Source: Desulfosarcinaceae bacterium
GTDB taxonomy: Bacteria; Desulfobacterota; Desulfobacteria; Desulfobacterales; Desulfosarcinaceae
Assembly (NCBI GenBank): GCA_030066015.1
Contig: JASJCL010000014.1
Span: forward strand, 6,674-70,673
DNA: 64,000 nucleotides
Direction: 5' to 3'
The notes below the pieces were generated by a model that saw nothing but the letters and a program-made list of their open reading frames with translations, made no database searches and was not told where the DNA came from. The position numbers and the translations under genes were made by a program. The first letter of the stretch is position 1; every line of letters begins with the position of its first letter. Positions 38,815 through 46,248 of this stretch are shown here, in pieces.

Positions 38815-39117
38815 TCACTGACGCTCCGTGGGGACTCCCCATGGCCGCGAAGAATCTCCACCGGCTAGGGCAGCACCACGCGTCCGCTTTCCAAACGGAA
38901 TCCCCAGCTGCTTCATCTTGTAGCGAAGGGGGTTGGGATCGACGCCCAAAAGCGCCCCGGCGCTTCCGGCACCATCTATCTTACCAGCTGTTTGTGCGAG
39001 CACCCGCTCAATGTGCCGCTGGACGAGCGCATCGCGTTCAATGATCTCGCCGGTTGAGGTGCCGGTCTCCATCGCAACCGCCCAGGAAATTTTGGCTTGA
39101 CAAGGTAGAATGTTCAT
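38815..39117 (-). pseudogene. Orphan Fis-type (HTH_8) DNA-binding module, probably a remnant of a sigma54-activator/FhlA-type gene
   Basis: Only IERDALVQRHIERVLAQTAGKIDGAGSAGALLGVDPNPLRYKMKQLGI looks protein-like. That is the extreme C-terminal HTH of enhancer-binding proteins. No AAA+ domain lies upstream. Confidence 0.4.
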
Positions 39118-39133
39118 TCTACATCAGCCTCCC

Positions 39134-39667
39134 ATGAGATCCACCAAAGAGACCATTGCCGCCCGGCTGGAACACATCTTCAGCGAGCAGGGATTTGCCG
39201 AACCCAGTGTTGCCGCGCTGAAGACCGCAGCCGGGGTCAGCCTGCGAACCCTCTATCGCCATTTTCCCTCCAAGGACGCCATGGTGATCGGCGCGCTCGA
39301 CTACCGACATGCCCGCTATATGGAATTTCTGGCCGAGGATGAACCAGGACCGGGTCGGGCGTCGATCAAACACCTGTTCCGCCGCCTGGGGGACTGGATG
39401 GCGGCCCATGCCCCCTATGGATGCCTCTCGCTAAACGCACTCGCCGCCCATCCCGGCAACCAGGAGGTGCGCGCCTCCACCATGCGTCACAAGCGGGACC
39501 TGATCCAGATCATGGCCCGCAGAAGCGGGCAACCAACATTGGCCAAGGCGCTCTTTTTGCTGCATGAGGGTGCATCCGCCGCCTGGCCGGTGGTCGGCGT
39601 CGCGGCCATTCGCTCTGCCGAGGCGGCAGCGGTCACTTTAATCGAAGGGGGCAGTGATGACGGATAA
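39134..39667 (+). CDS. TetR/AcrR family transcriptional regulator
   Basis: N-terminal HTH FAEPSVAALKTAAGVSLRTLYRHFPSKDAMV. Start at ATG 39134. Confidence 0.85.
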   Translation: MRSTKETIAARLEHIFSEQGFAEPSVAALKTAAGVSLRTLYRHFPSKDAMVIGALDYRHARYMEFLAEDEPGPGRASIKHLFRRLGDWMAAHAPYGCLSLNALAAHPGNQEVRASTMRHKRDLIQIMARRSGQPTLAKALFLLHEGASAAWPVVGVAAIRSAEAAAVTLIEGGSDDG

Positions 39668-40703
39668 TCCGACAACCATGCGGGCGGTGCTGCTGACCGG
39701 CCACGGCGGCATGGAGAAATTGGTGCTTCGCAAGGATGTGGCGGAACCGGTTCCCGGGCCACGCGATGTGCTGGTGAAGGTGGCCGCTGCGGGCATCAAC
39801 AATACGGATATCAACACCCGGATCGCCTGGTACTCCAAAAGAGCGGGCGCCCGTGAAGATGCCAGTTGGTCGGGTCAGGCACTCAGATTTCCGCGCATCC
39901 AGGGGATCGATGTGTGCGGTCGGATTGCGGCAGTGGGAAGGGAGGTCAGCACCGACCGGATCGGGGAGCGCATCCTCATCGAACCGTGTATTCGTGAGGC
40001 AAACGGTGTGGTGCTGGACCCGCCGTGGTTTTTCGGTTCGGAATGTGACGGCGGTTTTGCCGAATATACGGTAGTGGCCGCTCGGCATGCCCACTCGATC
40101 AAGAGCGACCTGTCCGATCTGGAGTTGGCCTCCTTCCCCTGTTCCTATTCCACCGCAGAAAACATGCTCACCAAGGCCCGGGTGACATCGGGCGACCGCG
40201 TCCTGGTGACAGGCGCATCCGGCGGCGTGGGGTCCGCCGCCGTGCAATTGGCCAACGCCCGAGGCGCCCGGGTCTGGGCCATGACGACGCCCGCCAAATC
40301 AGCCATGCTGCGCCAACTGGGCGCCGCGGAGACGATCCCACGCGATGCCGATCTGGTGGCAACCCTCGGGGCCAACAGCATGGATGTCGTCATCGATCTG
40401 GTGGCCGGCGAAGCGTTTCCCCGCTATCTGGAAGTACTGCGACCCCATGGGCGCTATGCCGTGGCAGGTGCCATTGCCGGTCCCCACGTGGCGTTGGATG
40501 TTCGGACACTCTACCTGAAAGATCTCCGCCTCATCGGCTGTACCATTCTCGAGCCAGACGTGTTTGCCAACCTGATCACCCGCATTGAGCGGGGGGACGT
40601 CGCCCCTGTCGTCTTCCGATCCTTTCCGTTGGAAGAGATCCGCGAAGCGCAAACCCTCTTCTTGGAGAAGCGGCATGTCGGCAAGCTTGTGCTGACGATC
40701 TGA
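39654..40703 (+). CDS. Zinc-type alcohol dehydrogenase / quinone oxidoreductase (MDR superfamily)
   Basis: MRAVLLTGHGGMEKLVL..., NAD(P)-binding GASGGVGSAAVQLA, C-terminal GKLVLTI. Overlaps the tetR stop by 14 nt. Confidence 0.85.
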   Translation: MMTDNPTTMRAVLLTGHGGMEKLVLRKDVAEPVPGPRDVLVKVAAAGINNTDINTRIAWYSKRAGAREDASWSGQALRFPRIQGIDVCGRIAAVGREVSTDRIGERILIEPCIREANGVVLDPPWFFGSECDGGFAEYTVVAARHAHSIKSDLSDLELASFPCSYSTAENMLTKARVTSGDRVLVTGASGGVGSAAVQLANARGARVWAMTTPAKSAMLRQLGAAETIPRDADLVATLGANSMDVVIDLVAGEAFPRYLEVLRPHGRYAVAGAIAGPHVALDVRTLYLKDLRLIGCTILEPDVFANLITRIERGDVAPVVFRSFPLEEIREAQTLFLEKRHVGKLVLTI

Positions 40704-40725
40704 ACGCCCCACTGAGGCACCGCCC

Positions 40726-41652
40726 ATGGGAAATTCGAGAAATTATAGGTCCCCTATGCCGATAGACCGGTTGCGAGCAGCCGTCGTCGGTCATTGTCGA
40801 CAGCAGATCCGGATGGGTGCGCTGCCCAACTGGTGGAGAGATCCTCTCTTGGTCACCGCCACGGCAGACGAACGCTTCGATCTGCTGCCCAAGATTGCGG
40901 CCCCCAATCACCTGCTGCCGCGAGATCTATTGGCCGCATGCCAGACCGTTGTGGTGTTCTTCATCCCGTTTTCAGCCGATCTCTCCAACGAGAATATCGC
41001 GGGCAAGTTTCCCAGCGCTGGCTGGGGCCTATCCTTGTCGCTGACCAATGATCTAATTCAGCGCATCGCCGAGTTCATCGGCCAGCACTTGGATCGGCGC
41101 GGATACAGGTTCGCGCTGACGCCTGCCACCTACAATTTCGATCCGGCATCCCTAACGGCGCGCTGGTCTCACAAGCATCTGGCCCACCTCAGCGGATTGG
41201 GGCGCTTTGGGCTGAACGCCCAACTCATCACCCCAGCGGGTTGTGCCGGTCGCCTGGGAAGCCTGGTGACAGACGCCGATTTGGGCAACCATCCGCTGGT
41301 CGCGGTGGAGGAGCTCTGCCTGCAGAAGAGTGGACAAGAGTGCCGCATCTGTCAGCGCACCTGCCCGGTAAACGCCATCGGCGAAACTGGCATCGATCGC
41401 CATCGATGCAACCAGCGATTGCAAGTCAACCGCAAACGGTTTGCCGCCAGACCCGATCTGCCGAAGGATTGCGAGGTGTGCGCAAAGTGTGTATCCGGCA
41501 TGCCGTGCGATCTGCAGGCACCTACCCGCCAGTCTGCGGCCAATGGTTCGGTCGCTGGGGAGGTGCCGGGCCGGGCAAGCTGCGGTGCGAACCGCGCGCC
41601 AGCCGGTTTAGGGCCCGCCTGCCGTAAAGGTGACCGCCGGCCCCCGTCATGA
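40726..41652 (+). CDS. 4Fe-4S cluster protein, epoxyqueuosine-reductase (QueG)/reductive-dehalogenase-like
   Basis: WSHKHLAHLSGLGRFGLNAQLITP block and ferredoxin motif CRICQRTCPVNAI plus CEVCAKCVSGMPC. The C-terminal ~50 aa are low complexity. Confidence 0.5.
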   Translation: MGNSRNYRSPMPIDRLRAAVVGHCRQQIRMGALPNWWRDPLLVTATADERFDLLPKIAAPNHLLPRDLLAACQTVVVFFIPFSADLSNENIAGKFPSAGWGLSLSLTNDLIQRIAEFIGQHLDRRGYRFALTPATYNFDPASLTARWSHKHLAHLSGLGRFGLNAQLITPAGCAGRLGSLVTDADLGNHPLVAVEELCLQKSGQECRICQRTCPVNAIGETGIDRHRCNQRLQVNRKRFAARPDLPKDCEVCAKCVSGMPCDLQAPTRQSAANGSVAGEVPGRASCGANRAPAGLGPACRKGDRRPPS

Positions 41653-41832
41653 GGGGTGAGCGGCTCCGAAGGTCTGAGGTCCTTTTGCTTCTGACCGACC
41701 ATGGTGCTTGCGGGTGCTTGCGGGCGTTCGCTCTGAAATAGCGCTTGCCGCAAGACGATGGCGCTGTGACCACTTTTCTAATTGCCCCTTCCGATCTCCA
41801 CCCGACCCGTCGCCAGCAGCATGGCAACCTTC

Positions 41833-42471
41833 TTATGGGCGGGGTTCCTGGTAGCGCTGCAGCCGGAAAGCGGATGTTGGCGGACGCCATTTTCTGATCG
41901 CCGCAATGTCACGTTTTGAGAGAAGCGGGGGGTAAAGCGTGGTGCGGAAGTGATGGGCCACGCCGCTGGCCGCGATCAGGGCCATGGAGCGCCGAATGGC
42001 CCCCAGATCCACGTGGCAGCCGCAGAGTAAATCGTACTTCTCGGGCGGCGCCTTGATATCCATGGCAATGTAATCCACCAGTCCCCGCCCTAGCAGCGCC
42101 TCGATCACCCTCGGCCGAGCGCCGTTGGTATCCAGCTTGACGGCCAGTCCAATGGCCTTGATCGCTTCCAGAAGATCAGCCAGCGCCGCCTGGAGGGTAG
42201 GTTCGCCGCCGGTGACCACCACTCCGCCCAGACGCCCGACTCTCTCTCTCAGAAAGGCGAGCACCCCGGAGATCGTCAGCGCGGGCGGCGCGAGAGGCAC
42301 GGACGCCCACAGGGAGCGGTTGTGGCAGTAGGGGCAGCGGAAGTTGCAGCCCTGGGTGAAGAGGATGGCCGCAGCCCGCCCGGGAAAGTCACTCAGACTG
42401 AACGGCTGAAAGCCGCCGATTGACAGCTTCTCCCGGTCGAAGGGGCTGCATACAGCGCCGGCGGTCAACAT
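41833..42471 (-). CDS. nrdG: Anaerobic ribonucleoside-triphosphate reductase activating protein (radical SAM)
   Basis: CNFRCPYCHN radical-SAM motif. 7-nt overlap with nrdD. Confidence 0.85.
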   Translation of the reverse strand: MLTAGAVCSPFDREKLSIGGFQPFSLSDFPGRAAAILFTQGCNFRCPYCHNRSLWASVPLAPPALTISGVLAFLRERVGRLGGVVVTGGEPTLQAALADLLEAIKAIGLAVKLDTNGARPRVIEALLGRGLVDYIAMDIKAPPEKYDLLCGCHVDLGAIRRSMALIAASGVAHHFRTTLYPPLLSKRDIAAIRKWRPPTSAFRLQRYQEPRP

Positions 42472-44630
42472 GGATGCCCGTGTTCATCGGAAACAGCCTT
42501 CTCCAGGTGGAAAGACCGGCGTTGGCGGAACTCGGCCCGTTTGCCCCGATGCCACTGCCCCACCGGCCGCATATAGCCCACCACGCGGGAGTAGATCTCG
42601 GTCTCCTCGCCGCAACGGGGGCAGGCGGGTGTCTCGCCGTTGAGGTAGCCGTGCGTCGGGCAGATGGAGAAAGAGGGGCTGAGGGTGAAGTAGGGCAGTC
42701 GGTAATTCTCACACACGGTGCGCACGAACTGCTTGACCGCCTGCGGATCGGGTACGGCCTCCCCCAAAAAGGCGTGTACCACCGTCCCCCCGGTGTAGCG
42801 GGTCTGGAGGGCGTCCTGGAGATCCAGCACGCGAAAAATATCCTCGCAGTAATTGACCGGCAATTGGGTGGAGTTGGTGTAGAGCGGAATGCGGTCGGTC
42901 TCGCCATCCACCAGGGCGGCCGCTAGATCGGGAAAGCGTTTGCGGTCCAACCGCGCCAAGCGATAGCCGGTGCCCTCGGCCGGTGTGGCCTCCAGATTGT
43001 AGAAGTGGCCCGTCTCCCGCTGAAAGGTCTGCAGGCGGTCCCGCATGTGATCCAAAATTGTGAGTGCGAAGGTGCGCCCCCTCTCCGAGCCGATCTCCTC
43101 ACCGAGCAGATTGAGGCAGGCCTCGTTGCCGCCGATGATGCCGATGGTGGAGAAGTGATTGTGCCAATAACTGCCCAGCCGCTCGTGCACCTGACGCAGG
43201 TAATAGCGAGTGTAAGGATAGAGTCCTTTCGCGGTGAGCTTTTCAAGCACCTTGCGCTTGATCTCCAGACTGGTCTTGGCGAGCGCCATGAGGCTATCGA
43301 GGCGGTCGAAGAACTCGGACGCGGTGGCCGACTGGTAGCCGATGGCGGCCAGATTGAGGGTCACCACCCCGATGCTGCCGGTGAGTGGGTTGGCGCCGAA
43401 GAGCCCCCCGCCGCGCTTGCCCAGTTCGCGGGTGTCCAGCCGCAGCCGGCAGCACATGCTGCGGGCGTCTTCCGGGGACAGGTCGGCGTTGACGAAATTG
43501 GCGAAGTACGGGATGCCGTATTTGGCCGTGGCGCGCCAGAGGAGATCGAGGTCCCGGTTCTCCCAATCGAAGTCGGCGTCGATGTTGTAGGTGGGAATGG
43601 GGAAGGTGAAGACCCGTCCCTGGGCGTCGCCTTCGCCCATCACTTCGAGAAAGGCCTGGTTGATGCGGGTCATCTCCGGCTGGAATTCGCCATAGGTCTC
43701 CGCCTGGGGGATTCCGCCAATCAGCGCCGGCTCGTGGGCCAGGGTACGGGGCGGCTGGAGATCCATGGTGAGGTTGGTGAAGGGGGTCTGGAAGCCCACC
43801 CGGGTGGGGACGTTGAGGTTGAAGACGAACTCCTGGAGGGCCTGCTTGACCTCTCTGAAATCGAGGCCGTCATACCGCACGAAGGGCGCCAATAGGGTAT
43901 CGAAGCTGGAGAAGGCCTGCGCCCCGGCCGCCTCTCCCTGGAGAGTGTAGAAGAAGTTCACGATCTGCCCCAATGCGGCGCGGAAATGCTTGGCCGGTCG
44001 GGAGACGGCCTTGCCGCGCACACCGCAAAAGCCCTGGCGCAGCAGATCCTGCAGATCCCAGCCCACACAATAGGTGGAGAGCTGATTCAGGTCGTGAAGG
44101 TGCAGATCGCCATTCTCGTGGGCCGACCGAACCGCTTCGGGATAGATGGCATTCAGCCAATAGGTCCGGCTGATCTCGCTGGAGATATAGTGGTTGAGCC
44201 CTTGGAGCGAATAGCTCATGTTGGCGTTCTCTTCGATCTGCCAATCCAGGTGGGACAGATAGGTGTCGATGCGCCGGACGTCCGCCTCCTGAACCATGCG
44301 CCGCAGTTGGGCGTGCTGTTCACGGTAGAGAATGTACGCCTTGGCCGTCTGCTTGTGGGGCGACGCCAGGAGAACCTCCTCCACCAGGTCTTGGATCGCC
44401 TCCACATCGGGCAGTTCGCCGCTGAGAACGGTGAGGGCCAAACTGAGCACCCGGATGGTGAGGCGGCGGGCCTCGGTGACGTCGAACTCTCCGGTGGCAT
44501 GTGCGGCTTTGCTGATGGCGTCGGTGATCTTCTGGGCGTCGAATGGGGCGAGGTGGCCGCTGCGCTTGCGGATCTGCCGGAAGGTGTCAGTGGTGGGGGC
44601 GGACGGGACGGCGACGGATCGATCGGGCAT
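42465..44630 (-). CDS. nrdD: Anaerobic (class III) ribonucleoside-triphosphate reductase
   Basis: N-terminal ATP-cone (KRSGHLAPFDAQKITDAISKA), C-terminal Zn site CPTHG...CPRCG, and glycyl-radical motif SRVVGYMRPV. Confidence 0.9.
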   Translation of the reverse strand: MPDRSVAVPSAPTTDTFRQIRKRSGHLAPFDAQKITDAISKAAHATGEFDVTEARRLTIRVLSLALTVLSGELPDVEAIQDLVEEVLLASPHKQTAKAYILYREQHAQLRRMVQEADVRRIDTYLSHLDWQIEENANMSYSLQGLNHYISSEISRTYWLNAIYPEAVRSAHENGDLHLHDLNQLSTYCVGWDLQDLLRQGFCGVRGKAVSRPAKHFRAALGQIVNFFYTLQGEAAGAQAFSSFDTLLAPFVRYDGLDFREVKQALQEFVFNLNVPTRVGFQTPFTNLTMDLQPPRTLAHEPALIGGIPQAETYGEFQPEMTRINQAFLEVMGEGDAQGRVFTFPIPTYNIDADFDWENRDLDLLWRATAKYGIPYFANFVNADLSPEDARSMCCRLRLDTRELGKRGGGLFGANPLTGSIGVVTLNLAAIGYQSATASEFFDRLDSLMALAKTSLEIKRKVLEKLTAKGLYPYTRYYLRQVHERLGSYWHNHFSTIGIIGGNEACLNLLGEEIGSERGRTFALTILDHMRDRLQTFQRETGHFYNLEATPAEGTGYRLARLDRKRFPDLAAALVDGETDRIPLYTNSTQLPVNYCEDIFRVLDLQDALQTRYTGGTVVHAFLGEAVPDPQAVKQFVRTVCENYRLPYFTLSPSFSICPTHGYLNGETPACPRCGEETEIYSRVVGYMRPVGQWHRGKRAEFRQRRSFHLEKAVSDEHGHPC

Positions 44631-44694
44631 GGGATTCCTTTCCTCGAAGGCGGGTCCGACGGCGTCGGCCGGAGGCCGATCGGCGCAGACCGTT

Positions 44695-44885
44695 TACGCC
44701 TGGCAGGTCTTCGGACTTGTGGACAGGGGGCACACCTACTGGCCGTCGCTTCCCAGCGCCCGATGCGAGCGCCAGTGCTGATGACGGCGGTCGTTTCCAC
44801 TCACCGCTGCGGGACAGCTCCGGAATTGCACCGGATTCCCTCTTGCCGCACCCAAACCGGGGTGCACCAGGCATGGTGTAACGGG
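44695..44885 (-). promoter_or_regulatory. Cobalamin riboswitch in the nrdDG leader
   Basis: Minus strand reads GGTGCACC..GGGTGCGGCAAGAGGGAATCCGGTGCAATTCCGGAGCTGTCCCGCAGCGGTGAG...AGCACTGGCGC..GCGCTGGGAAGCGACGG...AGTCCGAAGACCTGCC (B12 box). It ends ~65 nt before ATG 44630. Confidence 0.85.
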
Positions 44886-44929
44886 TAATGGGGTTCAAAG
44901 AGACGCGTTGCCACTTGGCAGTGGAACCC

Positions 44930-44957
44930 ATTATATGGGGGTTCATCGGCGTGTCAA
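44930..44957 (-). promoter_or_regulatory. Consensus sigma70 promoter driving the nrdDG riboswitch leader
   Basis: Minus strand has TTGACA (44957-44952), a 16-nt spacer and TATAAT (44935-44930). Confidence 0.65.
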
Positions 44958-45061
44958 CGCAAAATATGGGGGTGGATCCAAAAAAAGGGGGGCTAATGGT
45001 GCTTCGCGCCGGCCGGCCATCCAACATGGCGGATTTGAACTTGACACTGACGCTGAAAAGG

Positions 45062-45245
45062 TTGAAGGTGACGGCCGAGGGCGCCCCAACTTGGGCTGAA
45101 AAGGGAATCCCGTGCAAATCGGGAGCGGTCCCGCCGCTGTAACCGGGGACGCTGGCTGCACGAAGCGAAGCGCCACTGGCCCGCCATGCGGGTTGGGAAG
45201 GCAGCAGCCAGTCGGTCGATCCGGAAGCCAGAAGACCTGCCCCAG
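45062..45245 (+). promoter_or_regulatory. Second cobalamin riboswitch (aptamer), plus strand
   Basis: AAGGTGACGG..GGGCTGAAAAGGGAATCCCGTGCAAATCGGGAGCGGTCCCGCCGCTGTAACCGGGG...GCCACTGGCCCGCCATGCGGGTTGGGAAGGC...AGCCAGAAGACCTGCC (B12 box). Confidence 0.85.
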
Positions 45246-45350
45246 AAATTTGTGTCGCGGAGAGACGACAACGCCGCCGCCGGTGGGAGGGCCCATCCGC
45301 CCGCCAGTACCGCAGCGTCTGCAGTGAAGGGCCAAGTAAACAGGGTGCCG

Positions 45351-45384
45351 CCCTCCATGCCAACCGGTGTGGGGGGTTTTTTTT
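45351..45384 (+). terminator. Attenuator terminator (expression platform of the plus-strand cobalamin riboswitch)
   Basis: CCCTCCATGCC-AACC-GGTGTGGGGGG (11 bp, 3 G-U pairs) followed by T8. Upstream GGGAGGGC (45285-45292) can alternatively pair with GCCCTCC (45349-45355). Confidence 0.8.
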
Positions 45385-45442
45385 GGGGCCGGTCGATCAT
45401 CCTCTCCGCCATATACCCTATTTTCACGGAAAAGGAGGAGAG

Positions 45443-45739
45443 ATGTACAAGATCTTCAGGACCCCCACCCACCACCTCGGCTGTGCCACTGAACCGGATT
45501 ACATCCTCGAGGGCGGCAAGCTCTTCCCCACCGTCAGCCACCCGCGCGGTTGGTCCGATCTACCCGACTATGAACTCAAGGCCGATGGCAAGATCTACCG
45601 TGCCACCCACCACCCCTTGGGAGCGGGCGTGACGCCCGATTACGAGATCGGTCAGGACAGTCTACTCTATCGCACCGAGACCCATCCGGGCGGCCGGCAT
45701 CCCGCGCCGGAGTATGAGGTGCGAGACATCTCCCTCTGA
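45443..45739 (+). CDS. 98-aa protein of four tandem 24-residue repeats, unknown function, downstream of a cobalamin riboswitch
   Basis: ATG 45443 behind AAGGAGGAG. Repeats are KIFRTPTHHLGCATEPDYILEGG / KLFPTVSHPRGWSDLPDYELKADG / KIYRATHHPLGAGVTPDYEIGQDS / LLYRTETHPGGRHPAPEYEVRDIS. No signal peptide. Confidence 0.7.
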   Translation: MYKIFRTPTHHLGCATEPDYILEGGKLFPTVSHPRGWSDLPDYELKADGKIYRATHHPLGAGVTPDYEIGQDSLLYRTETHPGGRHPAPEYEVRDISL

Positions 45740-45936
45740 AGCGGGGCGCCGGGGTCGCCCCCCACCCATCGCCTGCGGGCCGCGCACGCTTCCCGCAGCG
45801 GCAGGGGCAGCAACGCCTGAACCCGAATAGCGGCCCTCTCAATACCGCCGCCCGGGGCCGCTCAGATCCGTCGATCGTGCGGAACACCCGACCGGGCGAA
45901 GGATCCGAAGGTGGCATCGACCATGGTGAGGCTGAA

Positions 45937-46060
45937 GTCGCAATGCGTTGCGGTCGCAGCGGGCTGCGGTCGCAGTGGGTGCGGTCGCAGTGGGTGCGGT
46001 CGCAGTGGGCTGCGGTCGCAGTTTGCTGCGGTCACAATGGCTTGCGGTGGGCGTCGCAAT
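45937..46060. repeat. Seven-copy 15/16-bp tandem direct repeat, unit TGCGGTCGCAGTGGG(C)
   Basis: Unit starts at 45949, 45965, 45980, 45995, 46011, 46027 and 46043. The last two copies are degenerate. The core TGCGGTCGCA is a near-palindrome. Confidence 0.9.
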
Positions 46061-46248
46061 CCGTGCACCGGCGCTTACGGACGCCATCATCTGTCTGCTT
46101 TGGGTGTCGTCCCGGATTACACTTCTCAACAAAGTTTTACACATTCTCAACAGAAGCCGGAAATGGGGTGACGTAACGTCGGTGGCACCTGTGGTGGCCG
46201 ATGCGCTCGCGGAGGCCCGCTCACATTTCAGCCGAGGAGAAGATCCCC

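Noticed and set aside
44587-45363. 258-aa minus-strand ORF, plus the small ORFs 44888..45142, 44908..45099, 44943..45335, 44993..45541 and 45112..45327
   Set aside because: They cover the two cobalamin riboswitch aptamers and the promoter region. The RNA elements explain the conservation-like structure.
45937-46060. Possible CRISPR array
   Set aside because: The units are contiguous with no spacers, only 15-16 bp long, and no cas genes are present.
45839-46176. ORFs reading through the tandem repeat (giving pentapeptide repeats such as CGRSG, VRSQW or PTATA)
   Set aside because: The repeat period alternates between 15 and 16 bp, so no frame is maintained across the array. There is no RBS.
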